DNA from: Acutalibacteraceae bacterium
GTDB lineage: Bacteria > Bacillota > Clostridia > Oscillospirales > Acutalibacteraceae
NCBI GenBank assembly: GCA_045602865.1
Contig: JAZSCI010000017.1
Location: forward strand, 1-31,780
Direction: 5' to 3'
DNA: 31,780 nucleotides
This document shows positions 17,359 to 26,383 of this stretch, piece after piece. The translations under genes were made by a program, and so were the position numbers. How positions within the stretch are numbered: the stretch's first letter is position 1; every line of letters begins with the position of its first letter. Below the pieces are notes generated by a model. It was not told the origin of the DNA, searched no databases, and saw only the letters and a list, made by a program, of their open reading frames with translations.

Positions 17359-19815
17359 TCAGCCTTCAAGATAAACACTTTTAAGCTTCTCTCTTGTAAG
17401 CGCGCCGACTACTCCGTCAGCATCCAGACCTTCCGCCTCCTGGAAGGCTATAACCGCCCCCAGAGTTCCCGGTCCGAAGCTTCCGTCTACATCACTATTG
17501 GTAAGATACCCCGTTTTGTACAGATGCCACTGCAACCATTTCACCACATCTCCGCTATCACCCTGCCTTATTGTAACAGTGGGCTCTGCATAGGGGCAAG
17601 GCTCTTTTTCTTCTGCGGAGCCATTATCAACAGCTATGTAATCGCTGTGAACAAAACCGGTATACTTGGTTCCGTTATACTCTGTTTCCACCTTGTACCA
17701 CACTCCCGAAGCATCAAGAATTGTTACGGGATGTCCCTCCGGGATTTGCACAAGAGAAGCAGCACTTGTACCGGCAGAGCTTCTCACATTCAGTAAATCT
17801 GCCGTTACATAACCGATTTCGCCGTTTGCTTCTCCCGTAGTCTTTACAGACACCGCCTGAGAATACTCCGAATAGAATTTAATATCGTTAAAGGTATAAT
17901 ATGCTCTTATCTTATATTTATACGAGGTTCCGCTTCTTGCAGAGGAATCTGTAAATTTGTTCTTGCTTGCAGTTCCCGAAAGGTAATACTTTCCGGTAGC
18001 ATAGTTATATCTGTACACCTCATAGCCCGTACACTCAACACCACTCCAGGAAAGGGACACGCTTGTATCTGTTTTGGATGAAACTGTCAAATCAGAAGGC
18101 ACTGCGGGAGCAGATGCGGCATACACAATACTACTGAAAGCCGTATATATAAGCTCCCCCTTACTATCGTGCTTGTAAGCCCTGATTTTGTATTTCGCCT
18201 TTTGGGATGGAGAAAATGAAGAATCCTTATAAGTAAGAGCATCAACCGTTTTTATGCGTTTGTACTCTTTTTCGGTGTAATCATACTTATAAATCTGATA
18301 CTTTTCTGCACCCTCCACAGCTTCCCAGCTAAGAGTTACAGAGCCTGTGGTGTAGCTTTTGCAGGAAGCAGCAGGCTTGGAAGCCGCAAATCTGCCTTCA
18401 CTTGTAACATCCGCAAAAGGCATATTACGGAAAACGGGTATAGAGAACACTTTTTTCTGACCAAGTACGCCTGCCGCCTTATAAGCTTTATATTTGGAAT
18501 TAGCTTCACTTGCCGCCGCCCTTACATTAGCCATATACTCGTGATCATAAAGGCTGTCCGATGCGGGATTAACGTTAAACTTCTGTAAGTATCCCGTAAA
18601 CTGATAGGTGGAGAAGGAATCCACTATATACTTTGCTCCGTTATAAATACTGAGATAGGGATTTGTCCACGGTCTTCCGTAGGATGTATAAAGCTTTGCA
18701 TTCTCCTTTTTAATATATCCTATATAGTTAGTACCTGAAACAATTGCTCTTATTTTATAAAATTCACCTTTGGCACCTATATAGTATATTTCACTACCTG
18801 CGGGGATTTTCACAAGCACATCCGATGTTGTGGATGCACTCTTATACATAGAAACGCTTCTCTCAACAGACATATATCCGTTAGCCCATTCAAGACCGTC
18901 ACGCACACCCGTATATGCACCGATATTGTAGTAATTGTATATGCCGTAGAAGGGCGCATTCACTCCACTTGAGCCACCTGCATAGGAAGCCGATGAAGAA
19001 CCAACCTCCTGAACAATTTTCGATGCAAGGAAATAAGCGCTTATTCCGTGATCCCTTGCCGCCTTCATAATAGCCTCTGAATATGTTACGGCAACCCCAT
19101 CATCTTTATAGGTTTTTTCGTTGCCGTTTCCGTTGAGATAGGTAATTTCCGATTTGTACATCCAAGTGTTTTTCAGGATCGCCTCAACACCCTCAATAGT
19201 ATGGGACTCGTTAAAGGCAGTGCTTTCAAACTGGAATATATACTCCTCCTTAAGGAAGTTACGGGGATCCATATAATAAGCAACTGCAGTTTCAGAAGCA
19301 CTTACCCAGTTGGGATACTCCATAATAACTCCGTGGCATTTACTGCAGCTGCACTTATATTCTGCAGAAACAACATTCTCAATCAGTTGCTGACTGTGAG
19401 GAGTTCTTTCCCCCTTTACGGAAGCCTCCCAGTCAAGATTTGTGATAAAGGGAACAAATTCCCATTGGGGATATTTCTCATGCAGTTCTGTAAGATACTC
19501 TACATAGGAGGCAGGAAATCCTGCATCCAAAAGGCTTTGCTCATAATACTCTATACTGTTAGCCATTTTAAGTAAAGCTACAACATCATAAAGAGTGATC
19601 TGTCCGTCACCATCCATATCGGAAGCCTTCTTCTGTGCTGAGGAAGGCTTCTTCATTTTTGAAGAAAACTTAAGCACAAGTCTGGCATCCTCCGAGTTCA
19701 CCTGACCATCACCATTGATGTCACCAAGCAACGCAGCACTACTTACAACAGTCATATTAACAAAAAGAGTCAGTAATATAAGCAAAACGGCTATAATTCT
19801 GTAAAAAGCTTTCAT
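17359..19815 (-). CDS. Secreted modular peptidoglycan hydrolase: signal peptide, dockerin, GH73-like glucosaminidase with inserted SH3b, 2x Fn3, SH3b, PG_binding_1
   Basis: GDINGDGQVNSEDARL..DMDGDGQITLYDV dockerin. YYMDPRNFL, KIVQEVG, YNYYNIGA, QKFNV and HEYMANV as in Acp/Acd-type glucosaminidases. Fn3 patterns (LSWEAVEGAEKYQIY, LSWSGVECTGYEVY), LNVRSSAGTS, and GDSGDVVKWLQ..DGSFGPGT..FQ..GL.ADGVVG. Confidence 0.88.
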   Translation of the reverse strand: MKAFYRIIAVLLILLTLFVNMTVVSSAALLGDINGDGQVNSEDARLVLKFSSKMKKPSSAQKKASDMDGDGQITLYDVVALLKMANSIEYYEQSLLDAGFPASYVEYLTELHEKYPQWEFVPFITNLDWEASVKGERTPHSQQLIENVVSAEYKCSCSKCHGVIMEYPNWVSASETAVAYYMDPRNFLKEEYIFQFESTAFNESHTIEGVEAILKNTWMYKSEITYLNGNGNEKTYKDDGVAVTYSEAIMKAARDHGISAYFLASKIVQEVGSSSASYAGGSSGVNAPFYGIYNYYNIGAYTGVRDGLEWANGYMSVERSVSMYKSASTTSDVLVKIPAGSEIYYIGAKGEFYKIRAIVSGTNYIGYIKKENAKLYTSYGRPWTNPYLSIYNGAKYIVDSFSTYQFTGYLQKFNVNPASDSLYDHEYMANVRAAASEANSKYKAYKAAGVLGQKKVFSIPVFRNMPFADVTSEGRFAASKPAASCKSYTTGSVTLSWEAVEGAEKYQIYKYDYTEKEYKRIKTVDALTYKDSSFSPSQKAKYKIRAYKHDSKGELIYTAFSSIVYAASAPAVPSDLTVSSKTDTSVSLSWSGVECTGYEVYRYNYATGKYYLSGTASKNKFTDSSARSGTSYKYKIRAYYTFNDIKFYSEYSQAVSVKTTGEANGEIGYVTADLLNVRSSAGTSAASLVQIPEGHPVTILDASGVWYKVETEYNGTKYTGFVHSDYIAVDNGSAEEKEPCPYAEPTVTIRQGDSGDVVKWLQWHLYKTGYLTNSDVDGSFGPGTLGAVIAFQEAEGLDADGVVGALTREKLKSVYLEG

Positions 19816-19921
19816 ATTAAGCTACCCTTTCTTCATCCTTTTCTTTTTTGGCACAATCTTCGCCTTCATTTAACAAAGACAAATTTCTGCACAATTATCC
19901 AGAATAACAATTTTATATGTA

Positions 19922-21151
19922 TTATTTTATCATATCTACCACGGCTTTTATTTCTTTTTCAGAAATATCATTTACATTTTCACCCAAACACCAGGAATAT
20001 GAAAAAAGCACAAATCCCTTGATACCATTGGCTTCAGCCCTCTTAATCTGTCTCGAAATCACATCTGTATCTTTTTTCCATTCATCAGCCCCTACCCCTG
20101 CATACTCATCCTCATTTCCGCATTTATACATAGCAAGACCTGTCAGTAAAGTAAGCTCCTTGTGTTTTTCCAGATCGCTCCACTCTCCGAGCAAATCATC
20201 ATACGGCAGGGCTTCATTCTGAAAACCGTAGTAAAGCTGAGGAATCATCCAATCTGCAAATCCTTCTTCACGGCACCACCTTTCCACATCCGCATAAAGC
20301 CTGTTCTTGCATTTATCAATATCTCCACAAGGACTTATACTGAAAATCAACTCATCCCCATAGCTTTTGACCACATCGAAAGCCGAGGAGACAAGAGCAT
20401 TGACATTTTCTCTGCGCCATTCGCCGAGAGTAAGCCTTCCGCCTGCCTTGATATAATCTTTATAAATTCTCTCATCCCCCAAATCATCACATTCGGGATA
20501 AAAATAGTCATCAAAATGCACTCCCGAAACCTTGTAATTATCCAGTATCTCCCGTATTCCGTCAAGGACAAGCTGTCTTGCACAAGAGGATGCAGGATTG
20601 AGATACACCCCCTTCTCGCAGACAATAAAACTGTTTTTATCTTTTTCATACAATCCTGCCACCGCAGGATTTTCTTTGACATCCTTCAAATCCTGTGAAT
20701 AGCTTACTCTGTAAGGATTAATCCACAGATGAACCGATACACCTGCTTTTTCAGCCTCACACAGAAATATTTCAAGCACATCATAATCGCATCCCTCCCC
20801 GAAGCCCAGAAGCTTACTGTAAGGAAACAAATCCGATTCATAAAGGGCATCACAATAGGCTCTGCCATGATAGAAAACAGTATTGAGCCCGTATTCCGTC
20901 AGATTTGAAAGTAGTTCTTTTACTTCAAGGGTATATTCTTCTTTGCTTTTTCCCCGTGCCATAGCCCCTATTTCGTTGCAGGTAAGCCAAACTCCGTAAA
21001 CCTCACAACCAACCTTTTCCTCTGCCTTTTCTGTTTGGACTACATTAACCACAGCACTCAAATCTTCATCGGATGAATTTTCTTCCCGATCACATAAATA
21101 TATAAAAACAAAAACAAGACAAAATAAAAATAGAATACAACCTTTTTTCAT
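19922..21151 (-). CDS. Glycosyl hydrolase-like 10 (GHL10/DUF187, YddW/DigH-like), exported; start revised to ATG 21151
   Basis: GVWL, LNTVFYHGR..CDALY, HLWINPYR, YLNPAS, GVHFDDYFYP and PQLYYGF; N-terminal hydrophobic segment. Confidence 0.85.
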   Translation of the reverse strand: MKKGCILFLFCLVFVFIYLCDREENSSDEDLSAVVNVVQTEKAEEKVGCEVYGVWLTCNEIGAMARGKSKEEYTLEVKELLSNLTEYGLNTVFYHGRAYCDALYESDLFPYSKLLGFGEGCDYDVLEIFLCEAEKAGVSVHLWINPYRVSYSQDLKDVKENPAVAGLYEKDKNSFIVCEKGVYLNPASSCARQLVLDGIREILDNYKVSGVHFDDYFYPECDDLGDERIYKDYIKAGGRLTLGEWRRENVNALVSSAFDVVKSYGDELIFSISPCGDIDKCKNRLYADVERWCREEGFADWMIPQLYYGFQNEALPYDDLLGEWSDLEKHKELTLLTGLAMYKCGNEDEYAGVGADEWKKDTDVISRQIKRAEANGIKGFVLFSYSWCLGENVNDISEKEIKAVVDMIK

Positions 21152-21184
21152 AAAAAACACCGCCTGTATTATTTATACAGACGG
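21152..21184 (-). terminator. Terminator-like hairpin overlapping the GHL10 ribosome-binding site
   Basis: CCGTCTGTAT-AAATA-ATACAGGCGG then TGTTTTTT ATG. Confidence 0.6.
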
Positions 21185-21191
21185 CTTCCAA

Positions 21192-21980
21192 TCAATATTC
21201 ACTTTGCAGAAAATCATCCTCAAGAGTATCTATTCCGCAACCATTTTCATTACATACATTTCTTGCTTGCAATGGCTTGGGAGCATTTTTCACTTGCTCC
21301 GCCTCTTGCACAGATTTTAATCTGTAATATCGGCACACAAAAGCAAACATAAGTATATTTACGGCATATTGACAAATGCAGAGAATGTGAGAAACAAGGG
21401 AATTCGAAAAAACTGACACAAAAAGCTCACCCATAAATGTCAATTTATAATCTACAACTGCAAAGCTCATAAGCTTATAGATATTGTAAATAACACCAAC
21501 ACCAAAGGATGCTACCTCAATCGGTAAAAGCCTCGACTCACCTTCATCCCTCAATATATACCACAGAGATACCATAGTCATAAGGAATCCGAAAGAGCCC
21601 GCAACGGAAACCACACTCATAAACAGCCTGAAAACAATACCCCATGCACTTTCTGCAGACAAGGACAATGCATACAAATGAGGTGCGCTCTTGATATATC
21701 TTAACAGATAACAAAAAATCAACAAAAACTGTAGCCTTATTGTTACAGCTCTTTTCTTTCTCATTTTTGCTCTTTTATGTCCTATGCCTTCACCATTGAG
21801 CGCCACAAAGCCTACAAAAAGAACAACGTATATAGAAAAGCCCGAAAGCTTTGTTGCAAACTGTGCTACAACAGGTGTGGTAAGACCTCCTGCCATAACA
21901 AGAATATTACAAAACAATAACAAGGCGCTAAGCCACATAAGAAGCTTAGCCGAGCTTGAAACATATCCGGATTTAGTCAT
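21192..21980 (-). CDS. Hypothetical polytopic membrane protein (about 6-7 TM)
   Basis: 262 aa, GAGG SD and its own promoter; no family recognised. Confidence 0.65.
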   Translation of the reverse strand: MTKSGYVSSSAKLLMWLSALLLFCNILVMAGGLTTPVVAQFATKLSGFSIYVVLFVGFVALNGEGIGHKRAKMRKKRAVTIRLQFLLIFCYLLRYIKSAPHLYALSLSAESAWGIVFRLFMSVVSVAGSFGFLMTMVSLWYILRDEGESRLLPIEVASFGVGVIYNIYKLMSFAVVDYKLTFMGELFVSVFSNSLVSHILCICQYAVNILMFAFVCRYYRLKSVQEAEQVKNAPKPLQARNVCNENGCGIDTLEDDFLQSEY

Positions 21981-22014
21981 TTCTTCCTCACTGAATTAAT
22001 CTTTATTTTTCAGA

Positions 22015-22043
22015 ATTATACCACAACGATGCCGCTTTTGCAA
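22015..22043 (-). promoter_or_regulatory. sigmaA promoter of the 262-aa membrane gene
   Basis: TTGCAA-17 bp-TATAAT with extended TG. Confidence 0.8.
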
Positions 22044-22060
22044 TAAATAACATTTTTCAT

Positions 22061-22158
22061 TTCACAAAGAAAAACGATTTTGCGTCACAAATAAAATCGA
22101 TTTGATTCACAACGAAGCCCAATTCCGTTTCACAAATAAATCTCGTTTTATTTCACAA
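22061..22158. repeat. Five direct TCACAA-core repeats with 22-23 bp period
   Basis: TCACAA at 22062, 22085, 22107, 22130 and 22153 (spacings 23, 22, 23, 23), with partly conserved A(T/G)AAA..CG.TTT linkers. Confidence 0.85.
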
Positions 22159-22160
22159 AG

Positions 22161-22193
22161 AAAAGGGCTGACAGAAATATATTCTGTCAGCCC
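22161..22193 (-). terminator. Terminator of the second GPH transporter
   Basis: Perfect 12-bp stem GGGCTGACAGAA / TTCTGTCAGCCC followed by TTTTCTTT on the minus strand. Confidence 0.9.
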
Positions 22194-22205
22194 GAAAGCT
22201 ATTAA

Positions 22206-23786
22206 TTACAGTTCATGCTTCTGTGAAGCAATGCTCATCTGCTCCTTGGCAAGAGCTTCCATAGCTTCCTTGTCACCGGATTCAACCATCTTCTGTGCTG
22301 CATCACGGCGAGCAAGAAGTTCAGCGTACATACGCTCTCTCTTCTCACCACCAAGATCATAGAAGAGCATAGGAATAATGCCTAAAAGACCGGTAACGGT
22401 GGGAATGATGGTAGCCATTGCGAAAAGTCCCATCTTGGTATTGTCTGTCTGAGCCTGACCACGTGTGTAAGAGCTGATATCGTAGCCGATCCACTTCTTA
22501 AGCTGAAGGGATATAGCAGTGTTAAGAATAGAAGCAAGCTTCTTTGTAAGCTCTCTTGCAACTGATGTCATAGCCTCTGTACGATAACCATTCTTCCATT
22601 CACAGTAGTCCATAGCTTCGTTGTACATCTCACTGGGAATAACTCTACGAACACCCCAGAATACCATGTAAATAGCTTCCTTGATTGCCATAACGAAGAA
22701 CATGGGAAGCACTCTCTTATACAAGCCGTTATGCTTACCGCCTATCATACCTATAAGGAAAACAGGAATGTCAAGAATCGGCTGAATCTTTGTACTTACA
22801 AGGTAGAGAACTCTGGTAGAGAATCTTCTTCTGAACCATGAAACAAGACCGAAGGATACAGGGTTAATAAGTGCACCGGGAATACCTGCAACCATAGTCA
22901 TTGATGCAAAGTTAAGAACATCTATGTAGTAGTCGTTTATGCTGCCGCCGACACTGAAGTTTGAAAGTGTCTCGGAAAGGGTAAGCAGGAGAATGGGTTT
23001 GTTGTTAACAACAGACTTGATTCCCTGTAAAACATTGGGAGTTTCAATAGACTGCATAACTCTTTCTCTTGTCATAACACAGAAGATAAGTGCTGCAACA
23101 CCACTTACGATAGCGGTGAAGTTACCCATAAACATAAAGGTTGAGGTATATGAAAGGTTAATAACCTTGTTACCGATAAGGTCAAGAAGAACTGTAAGTA
23201 TCTGCTGAGGAAGCTTCTCGCCCAACAGACCGGAGAAGAACTCTGCCACCGTAATCAGTCGGGTTCGGTCAACCGGGTGAGGCGTAATTGTCGCCAACAT
23301 ACCTGTTTTTGCAATGCTTCGGAAGGTTCCTGCACCCTCACGGACAATTGCCAGGATGAAATATGTAATAAACTTCGACATATCTCTTGGTCCCTTGCCC
23401 TTAAAGAATACGGGAAGCAACCAATAGAAGCAGGTACCCAGTGTGCCGGGAATACCCAAAGCAACAAGATAAGGTTTAAATTTACCCCAACGGGTACGAG
23501 TCTTTTCAACAATCGCAGCTGTGAAAACGTCATTGATAACATCCCAGAAGCCGTTGAAAACACTAACTATTGTCTGATAATCCAGGTCGATCTGGAGAAT
23601 GTTTGTAATGAAACGGGATGAGAATGAGTCGATATTGAAGCTCTGGCACATATCATAAACAACGTACCATACTGTCTCTCGCATACCAACGTATCTTCTG
23701 TTTTCGTAGACATACTCTCTGTAGGATTCATCTACGGCACCCTGCTCAACAACATCCGCCTTAATCTCGGGTGAATTGTTTGACAA
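22206..23786 (-). CDS. Second GPH/MFS_2 sugar transporter (likely TTG start at 23786; ORF track gives 23801)
   Basis: FWDVINDVF..IVEKTRTRWGKFKPYL and AMDYCEWKNGYRTEA motifs, about 12 TM. GGAGGTG SD lies 6 nt before TTG 23786 and overlaps the ORF-track ATG. Confidence 0.88.
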   Translation of the reverse strand: MSNNSPEIKADVVEQGAVDESYREYVYENRRYVGMRETVWYVVYDMCQSFNIDSFSSRFITNILQIDLDYQTIVSVFNGFWDVINDVFTAAIVEKTRTRWGKFKPYLVALGIPGTLGTCFYWLLPVFFKGKGPRDMSKFITYFILAIVREGAGTFRSIAKTGMLATITPHPVDRTRLITVAEFFSGLLGEKLPQQILTVLLDLIGNKVINLSYTSTFMFMGNFTAIVSGVAALIFCVMTRERVMQSIETPNVLQGIKSVVNNKPILLLTLSETLSNFSVGGSINDYYIDVLNFASMTMVAGIPGALINPVSFGLVSWFRRRFSTRVLYLVSTKIQPILDIPVFLIGMIGGKHNGLYKRVLPMFFVMAIKEAIYMVFWGVRRVIPSEMYNEAMDYCEWKNGYRTEAMTSVARELTKKLASILNTAISLQLKKWIGYDISSYTRGQAQTDNTKMGLFAMATIIPTVTGLLGIIPMLFYDLGGEKRERMYAELLARRDAAQKMVESGDKEAMEALAKEQMSIASQKHEL

Positions 23787-23837
23787 GAAAGACACCTCCA
23801 TTGATAGAAAAACTCTATCTTTCCATTTATAAAAAAG

Positions 23838-23866
23838 ATTATATCATAAGAGAAATATCTTTTCAA
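23838..23866 (-). promoter_or_regulatory. sigmaA promoter of second GPH transporter
   Basis: TTGAAA-17 bp-TATAAT with extended TG. Confidence 0.75.
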
Positions 23867-23891
23867 CAAAAAAATATCTTTTTAAACTGAC

Positions 23892-23959
23892 ATACGCCAA
23901 CCTTGTGCAAAACAGCAATTTTAAGTAACAAACATTGTGCATTTTGCACATTGGCGTAT
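23892..23959 (-). terminator. Long hairpin after glnQ, possible terminator
   Basis: ATACGCCAA..TGTGCAAAA / TTTTGCACA-TTGGCGTAT inverted repeat with a large loop; weak U-tail. Confidence 0.45.
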
Positions 23960-23972
23960 TGTGTTTTTCTTT

Positions 23973-24719
23973 TTAAATAAGAATTTTACTAAGGAAGCTC
24001 TTGAGTCTGTCGCTCTGAGGGTTGTTAAAAATTTCATCGGGAGTTCCATCCTCCACGATAACACCCTCATCCATAAAGATTACTCTTGAAGCGACCTCTT
24101 TTGCAAAGCCCATTTCGTGAGTAACAACCACCATAGTCATACCCTGAGCCGCAAGTCCCTTCATAACATCCAGAACCTCACCAACCATTTCAGGGTCAAG
24201 AGCAGAGGTAGGCTCATCGAAAAGCATTACATCAGGCTCCATACAAAGTGCACGGACTATTGCAACACGCTGCTTTTGTCCGCCCGAAAGCTGGCTGGGA
24301 TAGGCATCTGCCCTGTCCTCAAGACCGACCTTTGACAGAAGCTCTCTTGCAAGAGCTTCTGCCTCCGACTGAGATTTCTTGAGAATTGTTGTGGGAGCAA
24401 GTGTCATATTACGAAGAACAGTCATATTAGGGAAAAGATTGAAATGCTGGAAAACCATTCCCATTCTCTGTCTGTGCTGATTTATATTAGTCTTTGGAGC
24501 AGTAATATCTGTTCCGTCAAAAATGATTTTGCCCTCTGTGGGGACCTCAAGAAGATTGAGAGATCTGAGAAATGTGGATTTACCGCTTCCCGAAGGACCT
24601 ACGATAACTACAACCTCGCCTTTTTTGATTTCACAATCCACACCGTCAAGAGCCTTCACAGAGCCTTCAATGTAGTGTTTTTTAAGTCCGCTGACTTTAA
24701 CCAAAGCATTATCGCTCAC
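23973..24719 (-). CDS. Polar amino-acid ABC transporter ATPase (GlnQ family)
   Basis: [39 protein letters not shown] and VTHEMGFA. Confidence 0.95.
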   Translation of the reverse strand: MSDNALVKVSGLKKHYIEGSVKALDGVDCEIKKGEVVVIVGPSGSGKSTFLRSLNLLEVPTEGKIIFDGTDITAPKTNINQHRQRMGMVFQHFNLFPNMTVLRNMTLAPTTILKKSQSEAEALARELLSKVGLEDRADAYPSQLSGGQKQRVAIVRALCMEPDVMLFDEPTSALDPEMVGEVLDVMKGLAAQGMTMVVVTHEMGFAKEVASRVIFMDEGVIVEDGTPDEIFNNPQSDRLKSFLSKILI

Positions 24720-25440
24720 TCTTACGAAGCCTCCTTTCGAGCTTTCCTACAAGAGATGTAAGAAGCATAACCATTGCAAGATATACAAGAGCTACGGTGA
24801 ACAAGGGTATAAAGTAGTTAAATACTCTGCCTGCAACAACGTTACCTGATTTTGTAAGATCCATAACACCTACATAACCTGCTATTGAGGTTTCTTTAAG
24901 CAATGCAATAAACTCATTACAGAGAGTGGGAAGCACAGCCTTGAACATCTGAGGAACGATTATGTAGCGCATTGTCTGGAAATAATTGAAGCCAAGGCTT
25001 CTGCCCGCTTCAAACTGTCCGTTGTCAACAGACATAATACCCGCACGGAAAATCTCTGCAACATAAGCACCGGAGTTGATACCGAAGGCAACAATCGCAA
25101 CGGGAACACCGTCTCTTGCAGAAACGAAGATTACAAAATACATAATCATAAGCTGAACAGTAACAGGTGTTCCTCTTATTACTGTCAGATAAACCTTGCA
25201 CAGAGCATTTAAAAATGAAAGTGCATAATAACCAATGCCGCCACGGAGCTTCATTGATTCTCTGTTTTTGTCAAACGAGGAGCGCACCGCCGCAACAAGT
25301 ATACCGATTACAATACCGATAAGCAAAGCTCCTGCCGTAATTTTAAGTGTATTAAAAAAGCCTGTTATCATCAATTCATATCTTCCGTCACCGAAAACAT
25401 AGAGGAATTTCCCGACAAGCTCTCTCATAGAGTCCAACAT
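24709..25440 (-). CDS. Polar amino-acid ABC transporter permease
   Basis: [24 protein letters not shown] and [10 protein letters not shown] (EAA motif), LLKETS. Confidence 0.95.
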   Translation of the reverse strand: MLDSMRELVGKFLYVFGDGRYELMITGFFNTLKITAGALLIGIVIGILVAAVRSSFDKNRESMKLRGGIGYYALSFLNALCKVYLTVIRGTPVTVQLMIMYFVIFVSARDGVPVAIVAFGINSGAYVAEIFRAGIMSVDNGQFEAGRSLGFNYFQTMRYIIVPQMFKAVLPTLCNEFIALLKETSIAGYVGVMDLTKSGNVVAGRVFNYFIPLFTVALVYLAMVMLLTSLVGKLERRLRKSER

Positions 25441-25472
25441 ACAAATTTCCTTTCACATTCAATAAAACACAA

Positions 25473-25499
25473 AATAAGGGCGGATTAACCGCCCTTATT
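25473..25499 (-). terminator. Hairpin between SBP and permease genes (terminator or stabiliser)
   Basis: Perfect 11-bp stem AATAAGGGCGG / CCGCCCTTATT. Confidence 0.75.
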
Positions 25500-25547
25500 G
25501 ATAGGCTGAATTCAAATCAAAGGATATACATCCTCATTCAAAGAAAA

Positions 25548-26297
25548 TTACTCAGCAATATACTTGTCGATAACCTGCTGAACAGAACCATCAGCAATAA
25601 GCTTCTCGAGAGCTGTGTTTACCTTCTCCTGAAGCTCTGTGTTTTCCTTTGCAAAGCAGATTGCATAATCCTCTACTGCATACTCTGTATCAAGAATCTT
25701 GAGACCTTTGTTTGCTGCAACATAGGAAAGTGCGGGCTGGTTATCAATGATAACACAGTCAACCTTACCGGCGATAAGAGCCTGAACAGCTACTGCACCG
25801 TTGTCATAACGTGTGATAGCTTCCTCGCCGTAGTCACCTGATGCATAGATGTCACCGGTTGTAGCAGTCTGAACACCAATCTTCTTGCCTTCGATATCAT
25901 CAATAGTCTTGATGTCGCTGTCCTCTGTAACGATAACAGCCTGGATACCTGTTGCGTAAGAATCAGAGAAGCTTACATCCTTAAGTCTGTCCTCAGTAAC
26001 TGTCATACCTGCCATACCCATATCGTACTTACCTGCCTGTACGCCGGGGATAATGGACTCGAAAGCAACATCAACAATCTTAAGCTCCATACCGAGCTCA
26101 TCTGCGATAAGAGCAGCAATTTCAGCATCGATACCTACAATCTTGTCACCCTCTACATACTCGTAGGGAGGGAACTCAGCATTTGTAGCCATTGTAAGAA
26201 CGGGCTTCTCTTCATTACCGCTGCCACCGCAAGCTGCAAAGCAAGCGATCATTGCAATAACAAGAACGATTGAAGCGATTTTCATAAACTTTTTCAT
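25548..26297 (-). CDS. Polar amino-acid ABC substrate-binding lipoprotein (start revised to ATG 26297)
   Basis: Lipobox FAAC, ATNAEFPPYEY, GIDAEI and AGMTVTEDR; GAGG SD before ATG 26297. Confidence 0.95.
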   Translation of the reverse strand: MKKFMKIASIVLVIAMIACFAACGGSGNEEKPVLTMATNAEFPPYEYVEGDKIVGIDAEIAALIADELGMELKIVDVAFESIIPGVQAGKYDMGMAGMTVTEDRLKDVSFSDSYATGIQAVIVTEDSDIKTIDDIEGKKIGVQTATTGDIYASGDYGEEAITRYDNGAVAVQALIAGKVDCVIIDNQPALSYVAANKGLKILDTEYAVEDYAICFAKENTELQEKVNTALEKLIADGSVQQVIDKYIAE

Positions 26298-26354
26298 GAT
26301 AAAAACCTCACATTTTTTTATTTCCGAAGGAACGCGCCTTCGGTTGTTGAGTGA

Positions 26355-26383
26355 ATTATACAACCATTAAAGGGAAAAAGCAA
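26355..26383 (-). promoter_or_regulatory. sigmaA promoter of amino-acid ABC operon
   Basis: TTGCTT-17 bp-TATAAT. A CCGAAGG/CCTTCGG hairpin (26324-26343) sits at the 5' end of the predicted transcript. Confidence 0.7.

Noticed and set aside
22061-22158. CRISPR array, Rex operators or DnaA boxes
   Set aside because: Cores are only 6-7 bp with 16-17 bp linkers and there are no cas genes. TTCACAA equals a Rex half-site but has no inverted TTGTGAA partner. No TTATCCACA.
1293-23786. A single N-glycan utilisation locus (GPH transporters, GH38, NanA)
   Set aside because: The genes are scattered among housekeeping genes with separate promoters and no regulator; the functional link is plausible but not supported by organisation.
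26298-26354. T-box or amino-acid riboswitch before the ABC operon
   Set aside because: Leader of about 50 nt with a single 7-bp hairpin; no T-box sequence or terminator.
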